Notes: generated by a model from the letters alone, not told the origin. Shown: positions 18,209 through 28,575, numbered from the stretch's first letter. The stretch is DNA of 64,000 nucleotides from Candidatus Lindowbacteria bacterium RIFCSPLOWO2_12_FULL_62_27 (GCA_001784175.1 MFPR01000028.1:101955-165954), one strand, 5' to 3'. Program-made: numbers and translations.

Positions 18209-19966
18209 ATGGCTACACCTGCGAAAGCGTTTGAGACGGGAATGCAGCCGGCCCCCGCGCCGGAGGCCGCGACCAAAATGAAGGGCGCCGACATTCTGGA
18301 AGAGGCGCTGGTGCGCGAGGGCGTCGAGGTGATCTTCGGATATCCGGGCGGCGCGTCCATGGAAATCCATCAGTCCCTCACGCGAAAGGCCCGCATCCGC
18401 GTGGTCCTCCCGCGGCACGAGCAGGGCGGCGGGTTTGCGGCGCAAGGGTATGCGCGCGTGACCGGCAAGGTGGGCGTGGCGCTGGCGACGTCGGGTCCCG
18501 GCGCGACCAATCTGGCCACGCCGATCGCGGACGCCAAACTCGATTCGATCCCGCTCGTGGCGATCACCGGACAGGTGCCGACCCCCGTGATCGGCAGGGA
18601 CGCGTTTCAGGAAACCGACGTGGTGGGGTTTTCCAGGACGCTCACCAAGCACAACTACATGGTCACGGACGTGAACGACCTCGCCCGCATCGTCAAGGAA
18701 GCGTTTCATATCGCGTCGACCGGCCGGCCGGGGCCGGTGTTGATCGACATTCCAAAGAACGTCCAGCAGGCGCACACGATCCCCAACTTTGACGAGCCGA
18801 TGGACCTGCCCGGTTACCGGCCGCCCCGGGAGCCGAACCCGGCGCAGGTGCGGGCGGCGGCGCAGGCCATCGCCGAGTCCGAACGGCCGGTCCTTTACAT
18901 CGGCGGCGGGTGCATCCATTCGGAGGCGCACGACGCGCTGATCAGGCTGGCCGAGAGGTGCAACATTCCGGTGGTGTCGACGGTGATGGGTCTCGGGTGT
19001 TTTCCGTCGAACCATCCCCTCTTTTTCGACATGCTGGGCATGCACGGCTCCGTGTATGCCAACTGGGCCGTGAGCCGCGCGGACCTGTTGATCGCGGCCG
19101 GGGTGCGCTTCGACGACCGGGTAACGGGCAAGGTTTCGGAATTTGCGAAACACGGAAAAATCATTCACATCGACATCGACGCCTCCGAGATCAACAAGAA
19201 CAAGCCGGTCCAGATCCCGATCGTCGCCGATGCGCGCCTCGCGCTCGAAGCCATCCTGGCGCTGGCGAAACCCAAGGACCACCGGGACTGGATTTCGCAG
19301 ATCGAGGAGGAGAAGAAAAAATTTCCGTACAAATACGACACGCAGGAAAAGGATATTCTGCCGCAGTTCGTGCTCGCTGAACTCAACGGGCTGATCGAGG
19401 GCCGGAACGTCATCATCACCATGGGCGTCGGCCAGCACCAGATGTGGGCCGCGCAGTGGCTGAAGATGCGCACGCCCCGGACGTTTCTCTCATCGTCGGG
19501 GCTCGGCTCGATGGGATTCGGCTACCCGGCGGCGCTCGGCGCCAAGCTTGGCCGACCTAACTTCGAGGTCGTCGACGTGGACGGCGACGGATCCTTCCTC
19601 ATGAACATCCAGGAACTGGCCACCGCCTACGCCGAGAACATTCCGGTCAAGGCGCTCATCCTGAACAACCGGCACCTTGGCATGGTCGTGCAGTGGGAGG
19701 ACCGGTTTTACGAAGCGAAGCGGGCGCAGACCTTCATCGGCGATCCGAACAATCCCGAACAGGATTACCCCGATTTCACCGCCATCGCCGCCGCCTGCAA
19801 AATCCCCGGCCGGCACGTGACCCGCAAGGGCGACGTGCGGCCCGCGCTCGAGGAAATGCTCGCGGCGCGCACGCCCTACGTTCTGGATGTGTCGGTCAAA
19901 TACACCGAACACGTTCTGCCGATGATTCCGGCCGGCAAAACGTTTGCCGATACCATCTACGAATAG
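18209..19966 (+). CDS. ilvB: Acetolactate synthase large subunit
   Basis: FGYPGGA, RHEQG, ATSGPGATN, GMHG, RFDDRVTG, GDGSFLMNIQEL. Confidence 0.95.
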   Translation: MATPAKAFETGMQPAPAPEAATKMKGADILEEALVREGVEVIFGYPGGASMEIHQSLTRKARIRVVLPRHEQGGGFAAQGYARVTGKVGVALATSGPGATNLATPIADAKLDSIPLVAITGQVPTPVIGRDAFQETDVVGFSRTLTKHNYMVTDVNDLARIVKEAFHIASTGRPGPVLIDIPKNVQQAHTIPNFDEPMDLPGYRPPREPNPAQVRAAAQAIAESERPVLYIGGGCIHSEAHDALIRLAERCNIPVVSTVMGLGCFPSNHPLFFDMLGMHGSVYANWAVSRADLLIAAGVRFDDRVTGKVSEFAKHGKIIHIDIDASEINKNKPVQIPIVADARLALEAILALAKPKDHRDWISQIEEEKKKFPYKYDTQEKDILPQFVLAELNGLIEGRNVIITMGVGQHQMWAAQWLKMRTPRTFLSSSGLGSMGFGYPAALGAKLGRPNFEVVDVDGDGSFLMNIQELATAYAENIPVKALILNNRHLGMVVQWEDRFYEAKRAQTFIGDPNNPEQDYPDFTAIAAACKIPGRHVTRKGDVRPALEEMLAARTPYVLDVSVKYTEHVLPMIPAGKTFADTIYE

Positions 19967-20679
19967 TTTCTCCCGTCCCTAACACGACTGCGGCTTTCCG
20001 TGGCCCCGACCCGCGGGCCGTTCAGGATCTCTTTGCCCGGATCGCGCCCCGGTATGATCTCCTCAATTCGCTCCTCTCGCTGGGACAGGACAACCGCTGG
20101 CGGCGCAAGGCGGCGGAGATGGTCGTGCCGGCCGCCGGCGAGCGGTTCCTGGACCTTGCGGCGGGCACCGGCGCGTTTTCTCGGGCGCTCCATGCGGCGC
20201 AGCCGGCCGTCCGGATCGTCGCGGCCGATTTCTGCGTCCCGATTCTTCGCCGGATGCCGGCCGGGGTCGCGCATCGCATCGGATCGGACGCGCTGCGGCT
20301 TCCGTTCCGCGCCGGCGCGTTCGACGGTTTCGTCGTCGCGTTTGGCGTGCGGAATTTCGCGGATCCCGCCCGGGCTCTTGCGGAACTGCGCCGCGTCCTG
20401 CGCCCATCCGGCCGGGGCCTGATCCTGGAATTCATGCGGCCGGAGCGTTCCTGGTTCGGCGCGGCCTATCGGCTCTACCTCGGTCTTTGGGTTCCGTTCC
20501 TCGGCGGCCTCTGCTCGGGATCGTTCGGCGCCTACCGGCACCTGACGCGGACGGTCCGGTCATTTTTCACGCGGGACGAGTTCGTGTCGCTGCTGGCCGG
20601 CGCGGGGTTTTCGGTGGTGGCCCGGCGCGAGATGACGGCGGGCGCGGCGACGGCGTTTCTCGTTCAAAAAGATTCCTAA
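19963..20679 (+). CDS. ubiE: UbiE/MenG family methyltransferase (start codon uncertain)
   Basis: LFARIAPRYDLLN, LDLAAGTG, FGVRN, RVLRPSG, AYRHL. Confidence 0.85.
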   Translation: MVSPVPNTTAAFRGPDPRAVQDLFARIAPRYDLLNSLLSLGQDNRWRRKAAEMVVPAAGERFLDLAAGTGAFSRALHAAQPAVRIVAADFCVPILRRMPAGVAHRIGSDALRLPFRAGAFDGFVVAFGVRNFADPARALAELRRVLRPSGRGLILEFMRPERSWFGAAYRLYLGLWVPFLGGLCSGSFGAYRHLTRTVRSFFTRDEFVSLLAGAGFSVVARREMTAGAATAFLVQKDS

Positions 20680-20749
20680 AGTTTCAAGGCGATCCGGCCG
20701 AAGAGTGGACAAGCGGGGGTGTCACTCTGTCACCTGAGAGGTGAGACGT

Positions 20750-21535
20750 ATGGGCCATCGAACATGGATATACATTGGACTAATCCTTCTTATTGCGAAC
20801 CCCGCGTTTGCCAAGGTCAAGGACTTCCAATTCATCGAAGATCTTTCCTTCGCCATGCCCGGCGAAATTTCCGTCACGCAGGGCCTCAACAAGGCCGAGG
20901 TGCGGCGCCTCGCGTCCAAGACCCTGATCGACGAGGGCATCTGGGCGCAGACCACCAACACCCTAAAAGCCAAATCGATCGTGCCGACCCACCTCACGTA
21001 CGGCGTGAGCGAGCGGTTTGAGTTGTCTCTTGAAGTTCCCTATGTTTTCTTGGATAATGCCGTGACCGATTTCGACGGGATCGGCGATGTGGTGCTCCAG
21101 CAGAAGCTCCGCGTGAGCGATCAGGCCGGAGGCCGGCGCTGGCTGTCAAGCGCTTTCGGGATGCGGGTCGAACCGCCGACCGGCGACGCGTCCAAGGGAA
21201 TCGGGAACGGCAAAACCGACGTCGAATTTTTCGGCGTCGGGATGAAGGAAATCGGGTTTACGAAGTGGCTGGTCAACGTCGGCTACAATTTTGTGGGCGG
21301 CGAAAGGTACGGCAACGAGTTGAAATACAATGGTGGCGTCAACGCCTCGATCCGGCCCGGCGTATCATTTCTCATGGAGTTCAATGGAATCGCCGGCACC
21401 AAGAACGAGGTGTATCTCGCGCCGGGGTTCCTCATCGAAACGCGCGGCATCTCGTTTCGCGTCGGCACCCAGTTCGGCATGAGCGACGACAGCTACAAGT
21501 ACCGTTGGAATTTCAATTTGAGCAACAGCTTCTGA
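20750..21535 (+). CDS. Outer-membrane beta-barrel protein (MetA-pathway/transporter-like)
   Basis: Signal peptide, YGVSERFEL, GIGD, PTG motifs, amphipathic strands, terminal Phe. Confidence 0.65.
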   Translation: MGHRTWIYIGLILLIANPAFAKVKDFQFIEDLSFAMPGEISVTQGLNKAEVRRLASKTLIDEGIWAQTTNTLKAKSIVPTHLTYGVSERFELSLEVPYVFLDNAVTDFDGIGDVVLQQKLRVSDQAGGRRWLSSAFGMRVEPPTGDASKGIGNGKTDVEFFGVGMKEIGFTKWLVNVGYNFVGGERYGNELKYNGGVNASIRPGVSFLMEFNGIAGTKNEVYLAPGFLIETRGISFRVGTQFGMSDDSYKYRWNFNLSNSF

Positions 21536-21561
21536 CGCGCTGACCGCCGCGTCGAGACAGG

Positions 21562-22194
21562 GTGGATGGGATGGAAGTGCTGGACAAAGTTCGAGCCTAT
21601 ATAAAAACGAACCCGGAGGCGGCCAAACGGATCCTGATCCTGCTCGTGATTCTGGTCGTCGGTCTGCCCGCAGGGTTGTGGTATATCCGGTCGGCGGAGG
21701 AACGGGCGTACGCATTCTTTACCCAGGGCTATTATGCCTATCGCAACCGGAACTACGGGCAGGCGGCCGGGCAGTTCAACCAACTGGTCAGCCTGCATCC
21801 CAACTCCAAATTCGCGGCGCTCGGGAGGTACTATCTCGGCATGACCCACTTGGCCAACAACAACGTGGACGAGGCGGCGGGGCAGTTCAAGTATTTCATC
21901 GACGAGAGCGGCCGGCACTATCTTCGTGAACGGGTCTTCACCATCTGGATGGCGCTGGAACTCAACGCCGGCCGGACCGAAAACTGCGTCTCGCTTGCCG
22001 ACCGGTTCCTCACCGAGTTCGGCCGCACCTCCTCTTCGTCGCCGGAGGTGCTCTATCGCAAGGGCGTCGCGCTTCTGAGGCTGGGCCGCGCGGACGAGGC
22101 TGGGGCCAGTTTCAAGGAAGCGGCGGAATCGAAGGAGAACAATATTTTCGGGAGCCTCGCGTTTTACGCGCAAACCGCCCGCCCACAGTTGTAA
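21562..22194 (+). CDS. Membrane-anchored tetratricopeptide repeat protein
   Basis: One TM helix, then TPR patterns (YYLG, LYRKG..L..LG...EA). Confidence 0.75.
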   Translation: MDGMEVLDKVRAYIKTNPEAAKRILILLVILVVGLPAGLWYIRSAEERAYAFFTQGYYAYRNRNYGQAAGQFNQLVSLHPNSKFAALGRYYLGMTHLANNNVDEAAGQFKYFIDESGRHYLRERVFTIWMALELNAGRTENCVSLADRFLTEFGRTSSSSPEVLYRKGVALLRLGRADEAGASFKEAAESKENNIFGSLAFYAQTARPQL

Positions 22195-22217
22195 CCCCGC
22201 AACCGGAGCGTTGAACG

Positions 22218-23189
22218 ATGCCTTGGAAACGGTGGATCAAGTCGCTATGTAAATTTTTGGCTGTGACCTTTCTCGCCCTCAGCGTCACCTGGATCATGCT
22301 GACCCGGACGGTCGGACACCGCGTGGTGCCGGCGGTCAAGGGCCTGCAGGAGGCGGACGCGGTCCGGATTCTTGACCGGGCGGACCTCGAGCCGGTGGTT
22401 GAGCGCAATTACAGAAAAACCGATCCGGCCGGCGTCGTCTACGACCAGCGGCCGGCGGCCAACGCCAAGGTGCATGAGGGCCGCCGCGTCAAAGTCTTCG
22501 TGTCGCTCGGACCGGCCCGCGCCGTCATGCCGGATTTGCGGGGGCTGAGTTTGACGGAGGCGAAAAACAGAATCCGCGCGGTGGGCGAGGAGCGTCAGGT
22601 CCGGGGCGGACTCACGCTCGACATGCTCTCGAGAACCTCCCACCCCACCGTCCCGCCTGAACATGTCATTTCGCATTTTCCGCCGCCGGGCCAGGAGGTC
22701 GTCATCGGGGACAAGGTACAGCTTCTGGTTTCGACCGGACCCAGCCGCACGACGGTTGTCGTGCCCAATTGCGTCGGCATGACGCAGTCGGCGGCGGAGG
22801 AGGAGATGACCAACGCGGGGTTGGCTGTCCAGCGGGTGACGCGGGAGTATTCCAGCCAGGAGCCGGGATTGGTCCTGCGGACGGTTCCCGAATCCGGCAC
22901 GCCGCTGGCCACGGGCGACTGGGTCAACCTCGTCATCAGCGCGCCCCGTGGGCCCCGGATTTCAACCAAACCCCGTTTCATCCTGATCCGGTATGTCGTG
23001 CCGCTGCTCATGGAGCCGATGCCGTTCAATCTCGTCATCGCCGATCGCGAAGGGCCCCGGACCATTTACACAGGCACGCCGACGCCCGGCAAGATCCTCG
23101 ATTTCGCCGAACGCGTCGTCGGCGACGCCGAACTCAAGGTCTACGTCGACGGCATTCTCTCCAAGACCATCCCGTACAAGACTCCCTGA
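22218..23189 (+). CDS. PASTA domain-containing protein
   Basis: N-terminal TM; three repeats starting VPAVKG, MPDLRG, VPNCVG. Confidence 0.88.
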   Translation: MPWKRWIKSLCKFLAVTFLALSVTWIMLTRTVGHRVVPAVKGLQEADAVRILDRADLEPVVERNYRKTDPAGVVYDQRPAANAKVHEGRRVKVFVSLGPARAVMPDLRGLSLTEAKNRIRAVGEERQVRGGLTLDMLSRTSHPTVPPEHVISHFPPPGQEVVIGDKVQLLVSTGPSRTTVVVPNCVGMTQSAAEEEMTNAGLAVQRVTREYSSQEPGLVLRTVPESGTPLATGDWVNLVISAPRGPRISTKPRFILIRYVVPLLMEPMPFNLVIADREGPRTIYTGTPTPGKILDFAERVVGDAELKVYVDGILSKTIPYKTP

Positions 23190-23231
23190 CACGTCTTACG
23201 ACCGGCCCCCGATTCTGCCGATAAGGGGGAT

Positions 23232-24122
23232 ATGGAGAAGTATGCAGAGGTCGAAGACTTCTTGAAGTACCTGTCGGTTGAACGCGGGATGGCGCTCAAC
23301 AGCGTTTGGGCCTACGGGCGGGATTTGCGGACTTTCATGAGCCACGCAAAAAAGGACGGCCGGGCCCTCGCCTCGGTCGACGGCCAGTGGATCCAGGATT
23401 ACCTCGCCGCAGTCCAGCAAGAGGGCCTTTCGGCGCGGAGCGCCACTCGGGCCCTGTCAGCCATCAAATCATTTTTCCGGTACCTGGTGTCGACCGGACA
23501 GATCGCGGCGGACCGCGTGGCCGAGGTGCAAAGCCCGCGGCTGAGGAAATCGGTCCCGGGATTTCTGGAATTGCCGGAGATCACCCGGCTGATCCAATCC
23601 GTCCCGGAGGATTCGCCGGTCGGCATCCGGGACCGCGCGATGCTGGAACTCCTCTACGGCGCGGGCCTCCGGGTGACCGAGGTGTGCGACTTGAGTATCT
23701 CCCAACTCGATCTGGAAAATGGATTTGTCACCGTCATCGGCAAGGGAAACAAGGAGCGAACGGTTCCGATCGGCCGGCAGGCCCTGAAGGCATTGGCACG
23801 ATACTTGAAAGAGGGCCGCGCGAATTTTCTGAATGGAAAACATACCGATCGCGTCTTTCTCTCCGGCCGGGGGCTTGGCTGGACGCGGCAGGGGATCTGG
23901 AAATGGCTACGCGCGATCGCGAGGTCGGCGGGAATGCCGAAAACAATTTACCCGCATCTCATTCGCCACACGTTCGCGACGCATGTCCTCTCGGGCGGCG
24001 CGGACCTCCGCAGCGTCCAGGAACTGCTGGGCCACGCCGATATCTCGACCACCGAAATCTACACGCACATCAACACGCCGCGGCTCCGCCAACTCCACCG
24101 GCAGTACCATCCGCGCGCCTGA
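23232..24122 (+). CDS. xerD: Site-specific tyrosine recombinase XerD
   Basis: RDRAMLELLYGAGLRVTE, GKGNKER, PHLIRHTFATH, LLGHADISTTEIYTH, HPRA. Confidence 0.92.
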   Translation: MEKYAEVEDFLKYLSVERGMALNSVWAYGRDLRTFMSHAKKDGRALASVDGQWIQDYLAAVQQEGLSARSATRALSAIKSFFRYLVSTGQIAADRVAEVQSPRLRKSVPGFLELPEITRLIQSVPEDSPVGIRDRAMLELLYGAGLRVTEVCDLSISQLDLENGFVTVIGKGNKERTVPIGRQALKALARYLKEGRANFLNGKHTDRVFLSGRGLGWTRQGIWKWLRAIARSAGMPKTIYPHLIRHTFATHVLSGGADLRSVQELLGHADISTTEIYTHINTPRLRQLHRQYHPRA

Positions 24123-24125
24123 GTC

Positions 24126-25373
24126 GTGATCGGCCGGCTGAACAAAATCCTTACGGCGGAGATGCGCGAGATCATCGCCCGCCTCGGCCGGCTCACGGAT
24201 GCGCCGCTCTATCTCGTCGGCGGGCCTGTGCGGGATCTTGTGATGAACCGGAAAATCCTCGATCTGGATATGGCCGTCGAAGCCGATCCGGCGGATCTCG
24301 GCGCCAGACTCGCGGCCGACCTGCACGGGACGGTGCTGGTCCATCCCCGGTTTCATACCTGCAAAATCACAACGCCGGCCGGCACGGTCGTCGACCTCGC
24401 CCAGACGCGGCGCGAATCCTATCCCGAACCGGCCCGGCTCCCGGTGGTCGAACCGGGCGCCTCCATCGCCGACGATCTCGCCCGGCGGGATTTCTCGATT
24501 CAGGCGATGGCCATGCGGCTGAACGGATCGGACGCCGGACAGATCGTCGATCCGTTTCAGGGCCGCCGCGACATCGATCGCCGGCTCATCCGTATCCTCC
24601 ATCCGAACAGCTTCCGCGACGATCCCGTTCGAGCATTCCGCGCGGCGCGGTACTCGGCCCGATTCGGATTTCGATTGGAACGTCAAACCGCCGCCGCCTT
24701 GCGCGATCTGACCCGCCGTCCGGAATGGCTGCGCATCGCGTCGGATCGCGTCATGGACGAATGGCATCGGGCGTTCGAGGAGGAGAAGTGGATCGCGGCG
24801 CTCCGGGCGCTCGGCCGGATGGGGCTTCTGGCATGGTTGGGCATCCGCTGGCCGGTGGACTTGAAAGCTCTGCGGCGAATGGACGGCAGTTTTAAAACAG
24901 TGCGAACCTGGTATGATCCACCGACGCCTTTCCCTCTTTGGGCCTCCCGATTCGTGGCTTTCCTGTCATTGGTCCCCGCACCGGTTCGGCTTCGGATCGG
25001 CCGGAGTCTCCCCTTTTCAAAAATAATCAAAAAACCGTTTCAGGCCGCCGTGGACGCCGCACGGCTGGCGACAACCTTGAACGCGGATCTGCGGCCCAGC
25101 CGCATCGTCGATCTCCTGGAGCGGGTCCCGCCCGAATGGATGCCGGTTCTCCACGCGCGCGCGGCTGGCCGGGCCCGCCGGCATATCCAGCGGTATATAT
25201 ATATATGGAGAGGCGCCCGGCCCCCGGTGACAGGCGACGACCTCCGGAACTGGGGGGTCCCCCCGGGTCCGGCCTATCCGCGCCTCCTGCATCGCATTCG
25301 AGCGGCGGCGCTGGACGGCCGGATTCGCGTCCCGGAAGACATCCGCCGTATTGTGGAGCGGGCCAAAATCTGA
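24126..25373 (+). CDS. tRNA nucleotidyltransferase (CCA- or A-adding type)
   Basis: LVGGPVRD, DLD, DLARRDFS, SFRDDPVR. Confidence 0.88.
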   Translation: MIGRLNKILTAEMREIIARLGRLTDAPLYLVGGPVRDLVMNRKILDLDMAVEADPADLGARLAADLHGTVLVHPRFHTCKITTPAGTVVDLAQTRRESYPEPARLPVVEPGASIADDLARRDFSIQAMAMRLNGSDAGQIVDPFQGRRDIDRRLIRILHPNSFRDDPVRAFRAARYSARFGFRLERQTAAALRDLTRRPEWLRIASDRVMDEWHRAFEEEKWIAALRALGRMGLLAWLGIRWPVDLKALRRMDGSFKTVRTWYDPPTPFPLWASRFVAFLSLVPAPVRLRIGRSLPFSKIIKKPFQAAVDAARLATTLNADLRPSRIVDLLERVPPEWMPVLHARAAGRARRHIQRYIYIWRGARPPVTGDDLRNWGVPPGPAYPRLLHRIRAAALDGRIRVPEDIRRIVERAKI

Positions 25374-25385
25374 CATACTTCCGGC

Positions 25386-25631
25386 ATGACCCTGACGCCC
25401 GGGACATCTTTAAACGGGTATGTGATCTACAAGAACCAGCAGGATAATCCTGGAAAGTTTGTCGTCCGTGTCCGGCGCAATGTCGGCGCCGACTCGATCG
25501 TCGACCCCGTCCCGCTCGCGGTGGTGGACAGCCTCGACTCGGCCCGCCATGCGATCCGGGATACGGACTGCCTTCTGTGCCTGCCGCGCGGACCGCAGGA
25601 CGACCCGAACGTCGTCGAGACGTGGGTCTAG
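25386..25631 (+). CDS. Small hypothetical protein
   Basis: 81-aa ORF filling the gap, host-like codon usage, extended -10 TGaCATACT upstream. Confidence 0.6.
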   Translation: MTLTPGTSLNGYVIYKNQQDNPGKFVVRVRRNVGADSIVDPVPLAVVDSLDSARHAIRDTDCLLCLPRGPQDDPNVVETWV

Positions 25632-25633
25632 CC

Positions 25634-26689
25634 ATGTCGAACCGGCGTCTCTGGTCTGCGCGCATCTTTCTGCTCGCCGCCGTTCTTCTTGCGTCGCCTG
25701 TCGCCCCTCTTGAGGCGCGGGAGTTTGAACTGGACAGCAAGGAGGACAAAGTCACGTTTCAGTTTCAGCCGAAAGGTCCCGGCAAGGTCGTATTGACCGG
25801 CAAATGGGAGGGAACCGCCAAAGTCCTCGATGTGGGGCTTTACATGCCGACCGCTTGGCTGGCGCACCGGCGCACCACGGTGAAACAGAATCCATTCGAA
25901 ATGACGTGGGACCTGAACGAAAAAGAGTTGGAAGAGGGAACCAATCGGCCGTGGAAGATCGTCCTTCGGACGACCGGCGGCTCCGCCAAGGGCGAGGCGG
26001 ACGTCACCGGCGACGCGCTCCAGACGGAGGAGGAACGCGCGTCGAAAACGAAAAAAGACGCGCCTCGCTCCGAAGCCGATCCCGGACTGAGCGCGCCGGT
26101 CCGAGAGGAAGGCCCCCCCATCGCGCTCGACGATTTTGGGCTTCGGGTCCGCCGGGGATTTCTCGAAACGCCCTATTATAAACCATGGGTGGATAAAATC
26201 ACCTCAGGCAAAAAAAACGCCAAAATCGATATTCGTCCCCTTGGACTCACCGTCACGCCCTCGATTAGAAAAATACAGACTCGCTACGGCAGCCTCTCCC
26301 TCACTGTCCGTAACATCACATTGACGCCCGCGCAGAATGTCTCGCTCGTCGAATCGATCAGCGGCGGCGTTGAAACCCGCATTGAACTGCTCATCCGCGT
26401 CGAACTGCCGGGCTGGCATCTTCTCGCGGTCCAGCTCTCGCCCTTTACGGCGTACACCGGCGAGCCGCCGCGCCTGACGTCGATGCAGATCGAAACCCGG
26501 TCCCTGTCGCGGGGGGAGGTCATTCCGTCGACGTCCTACCCGCTCGCGAGCGGCGAAAGCATTTTGCTGGTGCCGATCATCCTGTCCCAGCCCGGGGAAT
26601 ATCTCGTTTCGGCGCAGCCCATCGCGCGGGAACCGAGCGAAGTTCTGTTTATTCTTGGTGGAATTGAGCTGTATCGCCTGTCCAATTAA
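25634..26689 (+). CDS. Secreted hypothetical protein
   Basis: Signal peptide, long ORF in operon context. Confidence 0.7.
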   Translation: MSNRRLWSARIFLLAAVLLASPVAPLEAREFELDSKEDKVTFQFQPKGPGKVVLTGKWEGTAKVLDVGLYMPTAWLAHRRTTVKQNPFEMTWDLNEKELEEGTNRPWKIVLRTTGGSAKGEADVTGDALQTEEERASKTKKDAPRSEADPGLSAPVREEGPPIALDDFGLRVRRGFLETPYYKPWVDKITSGKKNAKIDIRPLGLTVTPSIRKIQTRYGSLSLTVRNITLTPAQNVSLVESISGGVETRIELLIRVELPGWHLLAVQLSPFTAYTGEPPRLTSMQIETRSLSRGEVIPSTSYPLASGESILLVPIILSQPGEYLVSAQPIAREPSEVLFILGGIELYRLSN

Positions 26690-26693
26690 TGAC

Positions 26694-28178
26694 GTGAGCA
26701 CCCTGCCCCGGCATCCGCGCCTTTACGAAATCAACACCCGCGTCTGGCTGCGCGAGAATCGCTGGAAAACCCTGGCGGACGTGCCCGACCCGGTGGTCGA
26801 CGCGTGGGCCGGCCGGTTCGACATCGTCTGGCTCATGGGCGTGTGGTGGCCGAGCGTCAAGGGGCGGCAACTGGCGCAGACGCATCAGGGCCTGGCCGCG
26901 GAATTTCGGGCGGCGCTCCCGGACGTGACGCCGGAAGACGTGGTGTCGTCCCCGTACGCAGTGAAGGACTACCTCGTCAGCCCGGCGCTCGGCGGCGACG
27001 ACGCGCTGGCGGATCTTCGGCGGCGGATGAAGCAGCGGGGACTCAGGCTTATGGTGGACCTCGTGCCGAATCACGTGGCGCGCGACCATCCCTGGGTTTC
27101 GTCCCACCCCGACCGATTCGTGTCGGGAACGGCCTCCGATCTTGCGCGGGAGCCTCAGAATTTTTTCAAAGTCAAAACGTCGGCCGGCATGAAAATCCTC
27201 GCGCACGGCCGCGATCCCTATTTCGACGGCTGGCAGGACACGGTTCAAATCAACATCTTCTCGGCGCCCATGCGCAAGGCCATGACGCAGCTCCTGCTCA
27301 AGCTCGCCGCCTGCTCCGACGGCGTCCGGTGCGACATGGCCATGCTGCTTCTCAATCAGGTGTTCAAGAATACATGGAAAAACAAGGTGTCGGACATTCC
27401 GCCGACGGAATTCTGGAGCGACGCGGTTTCGGCGGTCAAGGCAAAATTCCCCGACTTCATCTTCCTCGCCGAAGCCTACTGGGACATGGAGGCGGAATTG
27501 CAGGGCCTCGGGTTCGATTTCACCTACGACAAAAAATTGTATGACCTCCTTCGCAAGGGTGAGGCGTCGCACATCCGGCAGCATCTCAAGGCCGCCGCGG
27601 CCTATCAGAGCCGGTCGGCGCGGATGATTGAAAATCACGACGAACTGCGCGCCGCCGCCGTGTTCGAGGGAGATCGCGCCCGCGCTGCCGCCCTGCTGAC
27701 CTTCGGCGCGCCGGGCATGCGGTTTTTTCACGAGGGACAGTTCGACGGCCGGCGGATCAAGGTCCCGGTCCAGCTTCGCCGGCGCCGGGAGGAATCGGCG
27801 GACCGGCCGACGCAGGAGTTTTACGGGCGCCTGGTCGCTGAACTCTCCGCCGATTCGCTCAAGAACGGCGAGGGGCGGATGCTCGAGAGCCTTCAGACGT
27901 GGAACGAGAATTCCAGTCACCAGCGAATCTTTGCGTTCTGGTGGCAGGACGGCGATCGTGGCCGGCTGGCGGTCGTCAATTACGCGCCAGATCCGTCCCA
28001 GGCGTATGTGAAAATACCGCTTCCCGCTTCGTCAGGCCGGTCGGCCCGGTTCAAAGATATGTTGAGCGACCGGTCCTACGATCGAAACGTGGAGGAGGTC
28101 CGGACCCGCGGGATGTATTTCGCCATGACGGGATACGATGTGCATCTGTTCGAGGTCGGGCGGAATGCGGCGCCTTGA
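26694..28178 (+). CDS. Alpha-amylase family (GH13) glycoside hydrolase
   Basis: SPYAVKDY, DLVPNH, DGVRCDMA, LAEAYW, ENHDE. Confidence 0.9.
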   Translation: MSTLPRHPRLYEINTRVWLRENRWKTLADVPDPVVDAWAGRFDIVWLMGVWWPSVKGRQLAQTHQGLAAEFRAALPDVTPEDVVSSPYAVKDYLVSPALGGDDALADLRRRMKQRGLRLMVDLVPNHVARDHPWVSSHPDRFVSGTASDLAREPQNFFKVKTSAGMKILAHGRDPYFDGWQDTVQINIFSAPMRKAMTQLLLKLAACSDGVRCDMAMLLLNQVFKNTWKNKVSDIPPTEFWSDAVSAVKAKFPDFIFLAEAYWDMEAELQGLGFDFTYDKKLYDLLRKGEASHIRQHLKAAAAYQSRSARMIENHDELRAAAVFEGDRARAAALLTFGAPGMRFFHEGQFDGRRIKVPVQLRRRREESADRPTQEFYGRLVAELSADSLKNGEGRMLESLQTWNENSSHQRIFAFWWQDGDRGRLAVVNYAPDPSQAYVKIPLPASSGRSARFKDMLSDRSYDRNVEEVRTRGMYFAMTGYDVHLFEVGRNAAP

Positions 28179-28215
28179 CGCCCGCCGCATGCTGGGATAA
28201 ACTTCGGTCACTCTG

Positions 28216-28575
28216 ATGGAGACGACACTCACGCAACCGGTCGAAAAAATGGCGCCCATGTCGCCCGGAGACGGAAAAAGCGTCCGGAAGAAAAAGCCCA
28301 AGCAGATCGCTTACATCATGGAGAACTGCACCGGCTGTTCCGGCGCGCCCGCCTGCATCCAGTACTGCCCCATCGATACCTGCATGTACTGGGTCCCGGA
28401 CCGGGACCATCCGCCGTTCGGCACCATCCGCGTCGATCCCAACCTCTGCATCGGATGCAAAAAATGCACGACCCAGGGGCCCAACGACACCTTCCTCGAA
28501 GGCTGCCCGTGGGACGCCATCGTTATGCTCCCCTCCGAAGAATATGAGGCCCGGTTCGGGACGGTGAAACCGTGA
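28216..28575 (+). CDS. 4Fe-4S dicluster ferredoxin-like protein
   Basis: CTGC..ACIQYCP and CIGCKKC...GCPWDAI. Confidence 0.85.
   Translation: METTLTQPVEKMAPMSPGDGKSVRKKKPKQIAYIMENCTGCSGAPACIQYCPIDTCMYWVPDRDHPPFGTIRVDPNLCIGCKKCTTQGPNDTFLEGCPWDAIVMLPSEEYEARFGTVKP

Noticed and set aside
23232-24122. Tyrosine recombinase as island integrase or integron integrase
   Set aside because: Typical XerD length and motifs, core-gene context, no IntI-specific insertion
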